DNA of 36,075 bases from an uncultured Gallionellaceae bacterium (GTDB lineage Bacteria; Pseudomonadota; Gammaproteobacteria; Burkholderiales; Gallionellaceae), in the NCBI GenBank assembly GCA_947085625.1, contig CAMTXD010000030.1, positions 1-36,075 of the forward strand, given 5' to 3'. The number at the start of each line of letters is the position of its first letter. The stretch's first letter is position 1. The notes under the pieces are model-generated. The model was not told where the DNA came from. It saw nothing but the letters and a program-made list of their open reading frames with translations, and did no database searches. Shown in pieces: positions 9,072-17,479 of this stretch. A program made the translations under genes and the position numbers.

Positions 9072-9081
9072 ATTTTCTGAA

Positions 9082-10173
9082 ATGAATATCACCATACTCG
9101 GTGCCGGTGCATGGGGCACCGCGCTCGCCATTAACCTGTCAGTCCATCATGGAGTCACGCTGTGGGCACGCGATGCGGCGCAAATCGCAGCGATGCGCGC
9201 CAGCCGCTGCAACCAGCGTTACCTGCCGGAAATTCTGCTGCCGCCAGAATTGAATCTCACCGCCGATATGCAAGTCGCGTGTGCCAGTGCGGAATTCATA
9301 TTACTTGCCGTGCCGATTGCTGCCCTGCGCGCCACGTTGCTCCAGATTGCGAGCTTGCCCTCCATCCACTCTTCCCCGCTAAAAGCCCCTCTCTCTAACT
9401 CTCTCCCGCAAGCGGGGAGAGCGAAGCGAGGGGGGCGAAGCCGGACAAACGAGAAAGGCATTGTTCAATCTCCGCCGGTCATCTGGGCGTGCAAAGGGTT
9501 CGAGGCCAACACCTCACAGTTGCCACACCAGATTGCGGCAGAAACACTGCCTCAAGGTTTTTCGCGCGGCGTCCTGTCCGGGCCGAGCTTCGCCGTGGAA
9601 GTCGCGCGCGGTCTGCCTACCGCGCTGACCCTGGCCTCCAGTGACGGCGAGTTTGCGCGGCAAGCGGCGCAGAGCTTGCATCACGCGCGTTTGCGCATCT
9701 ACTCCAGCACCGACGTGATGGGGGTGGAGGTGGGCGGCGCAATCAAGAACGTGCTGGCCATTGCCGCCGGCATCGCCGAGGGCATGGGCTTCGGCCACAA
9801 CGCGCGCGCGGCGCTGATTACGCGCGGCCTGGCCGAGATGACGCGGCTGGGATTAAAGATGGGTGGGCGCGCGGAAACTCTGGGTGGCCTATCCGGCGCA
9901 GGCGACTTGATTCTGACCTGCACCGGCGACCTGTCGCGCAACCGCCAGGTCGGCATATTGCTGGCGCAGCAGCAGGCCTTGCCGGATATATTGCAGCAGC
10001 TCGGTCACGTGGCGGAAGGCGTATATACCGTGCGCGAAGTGCATCAATTGGCACAACGCCTGGGCGTGGATATGCCGATCTGCGCAGCGGTGTATCGCGT
10101 GCTATATGAGCAGATTCCGGCAGCGAGTGCGGTGGAAGATTTGCTCAACCGCGCGCCGAATGCGGAATTTTGA
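9082..10173 (+). CDS. gpsA: NAD(P)H-dependent glycerol-3-phosphate dehydrogenase with an in-frame repeat insertion
   Basis: GAGAWGTALA, CKG, LSGPSFA, KNVLAIAAG, GDLILTCTGDLSRNR; start placed at MNITILG. Confidence 0.96.
   Translation: MNITILGAGAWGTALAINLSVHHGVTLWARDAAQIAAMRASRCNQRYLPEILLPPELNLTADMQVACASAEFILLAVPIAALRATLLQIASLPSIHSSPLKAPLSNSLPQAGRAKRGGRSRTNEKGIVQSPPVIWACKGFEANTSQLPHQIAAETLPQGFSRGVLSGPSFAVEVARGLPTALTLASSDGEFARQAAQSLHHARLRIYSSTDVMGVEVGGAIKNVLAIAAGIAEGMGFGHNARAALITRGLAEMTRLGLKMGGRAETLGGLSGAGDLILTCTGDLSRNRQVGILLAQQQALPDILQQLGHVAEGVYTVREVHQLAQRLGVDMPICAAVYRVLYEQIPAASAVEDLLNRAPNAEF
9381..9462. repeat. Palindromic repeat inserted in frame in gpsA
   Basis: CTCTCCCGCAAGCGGGGAGAG hairpin; near-identical to the intergenic copy at 6363-6503. 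Confidence 0.85.
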
Positions 10174-10191
10174 TTTCACATTTCACACATT

Positions 10192-10656
10192 TCACACCTT
10201 TTGCGCAAACCCGCACTGCCGCCAAGCTTCATATACCGCTACTGCCACGGCGTTGGATAAATTCAGGCTGCGGCTATGCGGCAGCATGGGTAGGCGCAGG
10301 CGTTGCTCCGGTGCTAATGATTCCAATATGTCCGCTGGCAGGCCGCGCGTCTCCGGCCCGAACAGCAGCGCGTCCCCGGCCTGATAACATACCTCGTGAT
10401 AGGCGCGCGCGCCTTTGGTGGTAAAAGCGAACAGGCGCGCACCCGGCAGCGTTTGTAGGCAGGCGGCGAGATCGTCGTGTACGCGCAGCGTGGCGTATTC
10501 GTGGTAATCCAGCCCGGCGCGGCGCAACTGTTTGTCATCCAAGTTAAACCCGAGAGGGCGGATCAAGTGCAGTTGCGCCCCACTGTTGGCGCATAGGCGG
10601 ATGATGTTACCGGTATTGGGCGGAATTTCCGGTTGGTATAGGATTACATTAAACAT
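10192..10656 (-). CDS. trmL: tRNA (cytidine/uridine(34)-2'-O)-methyltransferase
   Basis: [44 protein letters not shown]. Confidence 0.96.
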   Translation of the reverse strand: MFNVILYQPEIPPNTGNIIRLCANSGAQLHLIRPLGFNLDDKQLRRAGLDYHEYATLRVHDDLAACLQTLPGARLFAFTTKGARAYHEVCYQAGDALLFGPETRGLPADILESLAPEQRLRLPMLPHSRSLNLSNAVAVAVYEAWRQCGFAQKV

Positions 10657-10657
10657 T

Positions 10658-10812
10658 GGGTCTTGTCAGCGATATAAAAAAGACGGTGCTACATCGATTG
10701 TACTGTGAATTTTTCCTCAATGCGCGAGAATTCTATTCTTTAAATTGACCGACAAAATCATGAAAGACACCGCACTACACGAACAACTTCTTGGACTGGA
10801 ATCACCCTGGTC
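10658..10812 (+). mobile_element. ISL3-family left-end stub
   Basis: Begins GGGTCTTG; ATG 10760 encodes MKDTALHEQLLGLESPWS, resembling ISL3 transposase N-termini; truncated. Confidence 0.6.
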
Positions 10813-11092
10813 GGGGAAATCGGTCGCAGTGATTTCTTTAAAATCTTGGGAAATAACTTTCTTTCCCTTATTTTCATCCGCCAATGGCGGTAAGTTTTTT
10901 CCTCTAAAATGATGCAAATTTTATCGTCATCACCCGTGCCAGCGATGACATTAAACCACTCCATAATTCCGTTGGGGAGCATCAGTCCCAGAATGAACTG
11001 TTCGGGTGTTGGCATGATGGCAATTATTCGCGTAATGAGGAATTTCCATCGTACCGTGTTTTACGGGTGTCCAGCTAAATTGCGTATGATCC
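10813..11092 (-). mobile_element. ISL3-family (ISAon1-like) left-end stub, frameshifted transposase N-terminal region
   Basis: End GGATCA at 11092; LMLPNGIMEWF...IILEEK then, in another frame, NLPP...SQDFKEITATDFP. Confidence 0.6.
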
Positions 11093-11120
11093 GTTCCGCG
11101 GCCAAGATCACACGATTAAA

Positions 11121-11207
11121 ATGGCAAAGTCTGTTATTCCAGTGGACGAGATTTTTGAGGTAGCGCGAGTCAGCATCGACGTGGCCGAGTTGCTGCGGCA
11201 GCAATGA
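11121..11207 (+). pseudogene. C-terminal remnant of a bi-domain oxidoreductase of polysaccharide loci
   Basis: Translates as IPVDEIFEVARVSIDVAELLRQQ*. Confidence 0.55.
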
Positions 11208-11297
11208 CGGGTTTTGCCATCCGGCAACTGGCCTTTGCGCGATTAGCGGCCTTGCTATATACTCATGCGATATCCCATTAATTGCAAGGAGCCCAAT

Positions 11298-11531
11298 ATG
11301 ACAATCACCACCGTGTTCACCAACAACCGTAGTCAGGCCATCCGGTTGCCCGCAGAGCTTCGGTTGCCAGACAACGTGAAGCGGGTGGATGTGCGCGCCC
11401 GGGGTCGTGAGCGGATCATTGCCCCGCTGGGGCAGACTTGGGACAGCTTTTTCCTGGAGGGTCCGCAGGTGGCTGATGATTTTCTGAACGAGCGTGCCAG
11501 TCAGGACCAGCCCGAGCGCGAATCATTGTGA
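11298..11531 (+). CDS. vapB: VapB antitoxin (AbrB/MazE fold)
   Basis: TTVFTNNRSQAIRLP...WDSFF...DDFL.ER; AAGGAG RBS. Confidence 0.93.
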   Translation: MTITTVFTNNRSQAIRLPAELRLPDNVKRVDVRARGRERIIAPLGQTWDSFFLEGPQVADDFLNERASQDQPERESL

Positions 11532-11932
11532 TGCTGCGCTACCTTCTGGACACCAACATCGTTATCTACGTAATCAAGCGCAAGCCGTTGTCAGCTTTGC
11601 AGTTGTTCAATGACAACGAAGCGCGCATGGCGATTTCGTCCATCACCTTGGCTGAACTGCTGCACGGCGCTGAAAAAAGTAACGCGCCAGTGCGTTCGCT
11701 CGCTGTAGTGGAAGATTTTTGCAGCCGCCTGGAGGTGCTGCCCTACGGCGCCAAGGCCGCGCAGCATTACGGCAGCATTCGCGCCGCACTGGAAAGGCTG
11801 GGGCAATCGATCGGCGTGAACGATCTGCATATTGCCGCCCACGCCCGTAGCGAAGGGTTGACGCTGGTGTCCAACAATTTGCGTGAATTTGAACGCGTCG
11901 AAGCTCTGCAGCTCGACAACTGGGCCGTTTGA
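11528..11932 (+). CDS. vapC: VapC PIN-domain toxin (enteric tRNA-fMet endonuclease type)
   Basis: YLLDTNIVIY, ITLAELLHG, IGVNDLHIAAHA, NNLREFERV. Confidence 0.94.
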   Translation: MMLRYLLDTNIVIYVIKRKPLSALQLFNDNEARMAISSITLAELLHGAEKSNAPVRSLAVVEDFCSRLEVLPYGAKAAQHYGSIRAALERLGQSIGVNDLHIAAHARSEGLTLVSNNLREFERVEALQLDNWAV

Positions 11933-12370
11933 ACATACCTATTCAGGAAATAGGCGCCACGCAAGAAACACTGTCACAGCTGCCCTACGATGACCGAGCA
12001 GCATTGCTGCAAGTTCTGTCCCAATTTCCGTTCATCCATTTGGCTGTGGTTTTTGGTTCAATAGCAACTGGGCGTGCGCATGCCAACAGCGACCTTGATC
12101 TGGCTGTGGCCGCACAGCGGCCACTTACCATGCCTGAGAGGCTTGCACTAACGCTGGCTTTGGCCCAAAAACCGGCCGCCCCATTGCCTGATCGACCTGG
12201 CAAACGCGCCTGAGCCATTGCTTGGCCAGGTGGTTCAGCACGGCAAACTCCTGCTGGGTAGTGCAGGCCAGTTTGCCGAATTAATTAACCGGCACCTTGT
12301 TGCGCAGGCCGACTTTTTGCCCTACAGGAACCGCATACTTGCAGAAAGGCGAATAGCATGGATACCCTAA
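11929..12370 (+). pseudogene. Minimal nucleotidyltransferase (MntA-like) antitoxin, frameshifted
   Basis: FGS.A.G.A...SDLDLAV motif; two apparent 1-nt deletions near 12170-12187; continues LIDLANAPEPLLGQV...DFLPYRNRILAERRIAWIP*. Confidence 0.85.
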
Positions 12371-12629
12371 AAAAGAAATCGAAGATGCACTCAAACACGC
12401 GGAAGCCAACGGATGGCGTGTCTCAGTGGGCGGGAGTCACGCATGGGGGAAAATTTACTGCCCTTATAACAACGATGAATGCCGGTGCGGGGAGTTTTGC
12501 ATCACGAGCGTATGGAGCACTCCCAAGAGCCCCGTCAATCATGACTATGGTTTAAGACGCGTCGTAAACAAATGCTCAACCCATAAACAACATCAGGCTG
12601 ACTCCAGGAATGAGCCGGCCGAGGAGTAA
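12363..12629 (+). pseudogene. HicA-like putative toxin, 5'-truncated
   Basis: PKKEIEDALKHAEANGWRVSVGGSHAWGKIYCP...WSTPK; in-frame TAG at 12354 and no start codon ahead of the conserved part. Confidence 0.65.
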
Positions 12630-12632
12630 GAA

Positions 12633-13157
12633 ATGGAATACACCTTCACCCTCAAATACCAGCTTTCGGAAAACGATTGCAACCACGACGAACTGCTAGA
12701 ACGCCTGGGTGCGGCTGACTGTGATGATGCCTTGGTAGGTGTCGGACAGCCGGGCCGTATTGCGCTGGAATTCACCCGTGAAGCCAAAAATGCGGAGGTG
12801 GCCCTCTTGAGTGCGCTCATGGATGTCAAGCGAACCATCCCCTCGGCAAAGCTCATTGAAGCGGCTCCCGATTTTGTCGGGCTGACGGATGTGGCGGAGT
12901 TTGCCGGAGTAACCCGGCAGAACATGCGCAAGCTCATGGTCAACCATTGCACCAGCTTCCCCGCGCCAGTTCATGAAGGAAGCTCTGCCATCTGGCATCT
13001 GGCAGATGTGCTGACTTGGTTGAAAGCCAGGGGCACCTACAAATTGGAACAAAAAATCCTCGAGGTAGCCTTAACAGCCAAACAAATCAACCTCGCCAAA
13101 GAAGCGCGGCAACTCGCGCCACAAATTCAACGCGAAGTGCAAGAGCTCGTCGCTTAG
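12633..13157 (+). CDS. HTH DNA-binding protein, putative antitoxin
   Basis: MEYTFTLKY..., C-terminal HTH VGLTDVAEFAGVTRQNMRKL and FPAPV; GAGGAG RBS. Confidence 0.85.
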   Translation: MEYTFTLKYQLSENDCNHDELLERLGAADCDDALVGVGQPGRIALEFTREAKNAEVALLSALMDVKRTIPSAKLIEAAPDFVGLTDVAEFAGVTRQNMRKLMVNHCTSFPAPVHEGSSAIWHLADVLTWLKARGTYKLEQKILEVALTAKQINLAKEARQLAPQIQREVQELVA

Positions 13158-13165
13158 CACTACGC

Positions 13166-14122
13166 TTACAGAGGCCCCCTAGCCGCCCTTTTCAACCCCT
13201 CATCCAGCGAAATCGGCGGCGTCCAGCCCAGCAAGCGACGGGTTTTTTCGATATCCACCTGCAAAGATCCGCACAGCCGCTGCGCCACATCCTGCTTGCC
13301 CACCAGCGTCGCCGCCAGCTTCAGCCAACTCGCCGGAACGGGAATCAAACGCGCCGGACAGCCCAGAGCCTGGCTCATGCGGCGCAATAGTTCGGTGGTG
13401 GAAATATCTTCGCCGTCGGATACCAGAAAGGTCTGATTGGCTGCGGCAGGGTGCGAGAGGCACGTCACCAGCAAATCGACCAGATTATCAAGCGCTACCA
13501 GACTGCGCTGGTTATGAATGGCGCCCAGCGGCAAGGGCACGCCGCGCTGCAGCCAGCGCATCATGGCAGCAAAGTTGGCTTTCACACCGGGGCCATACAC
13601 CAACGGAGGCCGGATGATGACCACCTCCATGCCAGTTTGCAGGGCAATCTCGCGCAGCCCCTGCTCGGCCTCCATCTTGGACACGCCATAGGCATCCAGC
13701 GGCGCAGGCGTATCAGCCTCGGAGAATTTTTTCCCGCCATGAGTTTCCTCGCCATTAACCTTGATTGAGCTGACATAGACCAAGCGCTTCACGCCACTTG
13801 CCGCAGCACAGCGCGCGAGGTGTTCTGTTCCCGCAGTATTGATGCGACGAAACTCAGCCAATGGATCCACAGCGGTATCGCGCATCACATGCACCCGCGC
13901 AGCGAGATGAATCACCATATCCACATCCGTTAGCGCTACCGACCAATCCGTCTGTTCTGTCATCCCACCAACCGCCACACAAGGCGTTTTGGCGGAAGCA
14001 GCGGCGGCGCTGCTGCGCACTGCACCACGCACGGTATAACCGTGCTGCGTCAGAGCCGCGCATAACACACGCCCAACAAATCCATTTGCTCCGGTAACTA
14101 ATACTCGCATAGATAATGTCAT
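13166..14122 (-). CDS. NAD-dependent epimerase/dehydratase (UDP-glucose 4-epimerase family, WbpV-like)
   Basis: GANGFVG, HLAARVHVM, SSIKVNGE, YGVSK, RPPLVYGPGVKANF; start could be 14110. Confidence 0.92.
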   Translation of the reverse strand: MTLSMRVLVTGANGFVGRVLCAALTQHGYTVRGAVRSSAAAASAKTPCVAVGGMTEQTDWSVALTDVDMVIHLAARVHVMRDTAVDPLAEFRRINTAGTEHLARCAAASGVKRLVYVSSIKVNGEETHGGKKFSEADTPAPLDAYGVSKMEAEQGLREIALQTGMEVVIIRPPLVYGPGVKANFAAMMRWLQRGVPLPLGAIHNQRSLVALDNLVDLLVTCLSHPAAANQTFLVSDGEDISTTELLRRMSQALGCPARLIPVPASWLKLAATLVGKQDVAQRLCGSLQVDIEKTRRLLGWTPPISLDEGLKRAARGPL

Positions 14123-14192
14123 GTGAAGGTCAAATTATCCCGCCCCATTACTGATTACTCACGCTGCAAGACCCATCAGTCAATCAAAAATC

Positions 14193-14636
14193 TCAAGATG
14201 AACCAGAAATAATCGCCAAGCTCTCTGGCTTGGCACCCGTCACCACCCCAAGAGAAATGCGCCGATCCAATGTCACCAGGCGACCTTGATGCCGCACCGC
14301 CAAAGCCAGCAAATAGGCATCGGTTACTTGACGATGACCCAGCACCCGAGACCAATCGAGGCTAGCTTCCTTTAATAAGTCGACATCATCAGGCCAGAAT
14401 TCATGGTCTGAATTGTCTGCTGCCTCGGCCAAACGCTCAGCTACTACTGCGGCAGGCAGCGCACCGGGATAGCCGGGCTGCGACATGATGCGTATGCAGC
14501 CGTTCTGTGTGATCGGGCAAGTTGCCCACCCATACTGAATGTTCCGCTCCAACCAGGACATCGTTTGGACATGATGGATATGCGCTTCGTCCAATAATGC
14601 TATCAGCACATTCACATCAAGCAATGCCCGCATCAC
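14193..14636 (-). CDS. vapC: VapC-family PIN toxin
   Basis: RALLDVNVLIALLD, CPITQNG, RQVTDAYLLALA, LVTLD. Confidence 0.9.
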   Translation of the reverse strand: MMRALLDVNVLIALLDEAHIHHVQTMSWLERNIQYGWATCPITQNGCIRIMSQPGYPGALPAAVVAERLAEAADNSDHEFWPDDVDLLKEASLDWSRVLGHRQVTDAYLLALAVRHQGRLVTLDRRISLGVVTGAKPESLAIISGSS

Positions 14637-14881
14637 ACGCCCTCTTGATCGCGCAGCGCGTTTACCTGTTCATCTGTCACCATCGCACCCCGCGACGGGA
14701 AAGGCCGAAAGCCAATGTTCGCCTTTCCAATCTGATGTGCCAACTTTCCTGCGTTCTGTGGGCCAGCCAAAGCCTGTCTTACCAGTCGGGAGACGATCTG
14801 CCCGGCAGACACGTTCTGCAATCGCGCCAATTCCTTGGCAGCTGCAAGAACATCATCTTCAATATCAATTGTTGTACGCAT
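14633..14881 (-). CDS. Ribbon-helix-helix (CopG-like) antitoxin
   Basis: MRTTIDIEDDVLAAAKELAR; GTGA overlap with the toxin; GGAGG RBS; GCATCA repeats upstream. Confidence 0.9.
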   Translation of the reverse strand: MRTTIDIEDDVLAAAKELARLQNVSAGQIVSRLVRQALAGPQNAGKLAHQIGKANIGFRPFPSRGAMVTDEQVNALRDQEGV

Positions 14882-14974
14882 AAACCCTCCGACGCATCAA
14901 TGCATCATGATGATATTGCATCACGGTTTGTATTGTCAATGGGTTGGGCACAGCGAAGATTACACCTGATTTCT

Positions 14975-15155
14975 AACCCAGATTTTCCATTAGCGCTCGT
15001 AGCGAGGCTGGTCAAGAGGTTGAAGATGTGCGAGAAAAAGCAAAAATTGTGCGGAAGGCGTAGTCACTCTACGTTAACAAACAATTTTTACTTTTTCTCG
15101 CGCAGATTCAGCCTATTGAACAGCCGCAGTAGAGGGCTAATGGAAAATCTGGGTT
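14975..15155. mobile_element. 181-bp MITE with 20-bp perfect terminal inverted repeats
   Basis: AACCCAGATTTTCCATTAGC ... GCTAATGGAAAATCTGGGTT plus an internal inverted repeat; second copy at 1-138. Confidence 0.88.
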
Positions 15156-15175
15156 CAAGCAATATTTTTAGCATC

Positions 15176-15469
15176 CACGTTGCAGTAGCCTAGCGGCAAG
15201 GGCTGCGCAAGCTTGGACTGCACGGCTTCGATAGTGGTCATCAGCCCGTCGGTCTAGACCTTCTCTAGCACCATGCGCACCTTGTCAGGTTGCAGACGCG
15301 CTTTTTCGATCCAGCCAGCTTGGCCAAATTCGACCTGCATGCGCTCAGTGCCAACCGACACCAGCGTGTGCGAAGAACGAATCAACAACTGCCCGCGCTT
15401 GACCGGCGGACAGGGGACTTCGGCGACTTCAGTGGCGCCGGTTTTAAGAGACTACAGAATCTGTTTCAA
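15176..15469 (-). pseudogene. N-terminal remnant of a bi-domain (Zn-ADH-like plus Gfo/Idh/MocA) oxidoreductase
   Basis: LKQIL*SLKTGATEVAEVPCP...VSVGTERM...QPDKVRMVLEKV*TDG...PLPLGYCNV; stops at codons 6 and 72; truncated. Confidence 0.8.
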
Positions 15470-15488
15470 AATTATTTTCTCGCTTCAA

Positions 15489-15911
15489 TCATTTGGCCAC
15501 CCATGGATTGAGAATCGTCACGCCGGATGATTGGAAATCAGCCACGTTTCGCGTTACTAAGGTCATGCCATGAACGAGCGCGGTTGCTGCAATCAGGCTA
15601 TCCATGGCCGGGCGTGGGTCGGGCACATGAAGCGCAGCGCTGCGCTGCGCAACTGCTGTATCAACCGGCAGGATGCGGCCGGCGAAGGCAGGCAAAACAT
15701 GGCTCTCAAACCAAGCCCGGAAAATAGCGCCTTGTGGTGGGTCGCGGCGCTCGGCCAACAACACGCCCATTTCTAGCTCCTGCACGGTGATGGCCGACAA
15801 ATAGAGGTCTGCGGCATCCACACTGTCGGCCCACTGCGCCACATTTTTATCGGCTCGGCCAAGGCGAATCTTTCGCAGCTCAGAAACCACATTGGTATCA
15901 AGAAGAAACAT
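15489..15911 (-). CDS. vapC: VapC PIN toxin (FitB/StbB-like)
   Basis: FLLDTNVVSELRK, DSLIAATALVHGMTLVTRNVADF. Confidence 0.93.
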   Translation of the reverse strand: MFLLDTNVVSELRKIRLGRADKNVAQWADSVDAADLYLSAITVQELEMGVLLAERRDPPQGAIFRAWFESHVLPAFAGRILPVDTAVAQRSAALHVPDPRPAMDSLIAATALVHGMTLVTRNVADFQSSGVTILNPWVAK

Positions 15912-16165
15912 CAGGAAAAGTCCGCAGGTCGTGCAAGATCACGCGAGCGCGGAATCTCAAAATCAACATCAGCGATGCCCGGCATTGCCAGCAAATCGGC
16001 AATCTTCTGATGGCTTCCGGTAATGCGCTGATAAAGCTCAATGCTCATAAGAACATGGGCCGGCCGGCCCCGGTCTGTGATGAACACCGGCCCATTGTTT
16101 GCGGCCCGTTTTGCCTCGCTCGCCCCTTGGTTGAACTCGCGGCTTGATAAGGTGGTGATGGTCAT
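15911..16165 (-). CDS. Phd/YefM-family antitoxin
   Basis: LSSREFNQ..SEAKRAA..GPVFITDRGRPAHVL. Confidence 0.92.
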   Translation of the reverse strand: MTITTLSSREFNQGASEAKRAANNGPVFITDRGRPAHVLMSIELYQRITGSHQKIADLLAMPGIADVDFEIPRSRDLARPADFS

Positions 16166-16190
16166 AGCTGCACCTCGGATACGTGAATGA

Positions 16191-16208
16191 TGTAGCGATG
16201 TTACTACA
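16191..16208. promoter_or_regulatory. Putative TA autoregulatory operator
   Basis: TGTAG-N8-CTACA palindrome just upstream of the Phd antitoxin gene. Confidence 0.5.
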
Positions 16209-16322
16209 ACACAAAAGCAGGCGCAAGCGTTTTAAAGTCGGAAAACGGTCATTTTGTGGAATTTGCACGACAGCCCGGAACGGCGCGCTTTCCGGGCGCT
16301 CGCGTGTCCTTAATTTATTCCC

Positions 16323-16711
16323 TCACGGGCACCCAAGCTGCGTCGCCTCGCCATTGACCTTGATGGAGCTAACAAACACAAAGCGCCGCACACCCGCTGC
16401 GGCAGCTTGCCGCGCCAGGTTCAAAGTGCCGTGCACATTGACCCGGCGAAATTCAGCCAATGGGTTGGCGGCCGTATCCGCCATCACATGAACGCGGGCG
16501 GCACAGTGCACGACAGCCGATATACCCCCAGCGCTACCGACCAGTCGGTAGCAGGTTCCAGGTCACCCGTCACGCGGGGCAGCACTCTCGCTGGCCACTG
16601 CTGGACATCCCGGCGCACAACCACTGCCACGCGCCGCGACTGGTCTTCAGCCAGCAAGCGTTGCACGACCGCTTTACCGACAAAGCCTGTGGCGCCAGTA
16701 ACCAGAATCAC
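16323..16711 (-). pseudogene. N-terminal half of a second NAD-dependent epimerase (paralog of 13166-14122)
   Basis: MILVTGATGFVG; 1-nt loss in a G5 run (16525-16529); HCAARVHVM...SSIKVNGEATQLGCP* then truncated. Confidence 0.87.
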
Positions 16712-16753
16712 GCCTTCACCTTGGCTTCCTGGGTTGATTTCTCGGCTTTCGAT

Positions 16754-17155
16754 TTATTCAATGGCCCACTCTTGCACCGCTAGGCCGGGCACGCGGTGAA
16801 ACTCTCGGGCGTTGTTGGTAATGATGGCGCTGTCTTCAGCCATGACATGGGCGGCAATCAGCATGTCCATGGCCCCCACGGATTTACCCGCCCGCTCCAG
16901 GGCAGCACGTATTTGGGCGTAATGGTGGGAGGCCTCCACCGGCCACGGGCGCACGTCAAACCCTGCTAACCAAGCCTCAACCGAAGCGCTGAACCGCGCG
17001 GATGCCAGCTTGGCCGCGCCAAAGCGCAACTCAGCCGCCACAATGGCCGACAGCCACACCTGACTGCGTTCAAGCGCAGCAAAGCGCTCAATCATGCTGA
17101 CTGGGTGGCTGCGCAGGATGTAGCTGCAAATATTGGTGTCGAGTGTGAGGCGCAT
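16754..17155 (-). CDS. vapC: VapC PIN toxin
   Basis: LDTNICSYI, AELRFGA, MDMLIAAH, TNNAREFHRVPGL. Confidence 0.93.
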   Translation of the reverse strand: MRLTLDTNICSYILRSHPVSMIERFAALERSQVWLSAIVAAELRFGAAKLASARFSASVEAWLAGFDVRPWPVEASHHYAQIRAALERAGKSVGAMDMLIAAHVMAEDSAIITNNAREFHRVPGLAVQEWAIE

Positions 17156-17164
17156 CCGGGCTAC

Positions 17165-17416
17165 TCAAGTCCAGTCGCGCTCTTGGGGTGGCGGGTCTTG
17201 CCTGTCCGCCAAAAAATCCGGTGGCAAGGCATCGGTGCTGGCAAAAAAGTCTTGCAGCCATTGCCCCAAGTTATTACTGGCTGCAGTTTTGGGTTGCAAC
17301 CAAAATGCGTTGCCGATTTGTTCAATGCGCACTTCTTTGGCGTGCATGCGCAGCTTGGCCGGCAGGCGTATGGCCTGGCTGCGGCCGCTCATGAAGAGTT
17401 TGGCGGTAGTTGTCAT
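17165..17416 (-). CDS. vapB: VapB antitoxin (AbrB/MazE fold)
   Basis: TAKLFMSGRSQAIRLP; AGGAG RBS. Confidence 0.92.
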   Translation of the reverse strand: MTTTAKLFMSGRSQAIRLPAKLRMHAKEVRIEQIGNAFWLQPKTAASNNLGQWLQDFFASTDALPPDFLADRQDPPPQERDWT

Positions 17417-17479
17417 GGCTGATCTCCTATGTGGTATGACAGTGACATATTACACCTGAAATAGATTTATCGCCACACC

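Noticed and set aside
9022-9081. N-terminal extension of GpsA
   Set aside because: It is translated heptamer repeat; the Rossmann motif begins right after ATG 9082
14522-15193. 223-aa plus-strand ORF
   Set aside because: Runs antisense across a TA pair and through the MITE; no protein features
16270-16322. Hairpin CCCGGAA...TTCCGGG at the epimerase truncation point as a mobile-element end
   Set aside because: Single short stem with no second copy or transposase to support it
11298-17416. Integron cassette array
   Set aside because: No integrase and no recognisable attC (RYYYAAC...GTTRRRY) sites between modules; orientation is mixed. IntegronFinder would be decisive
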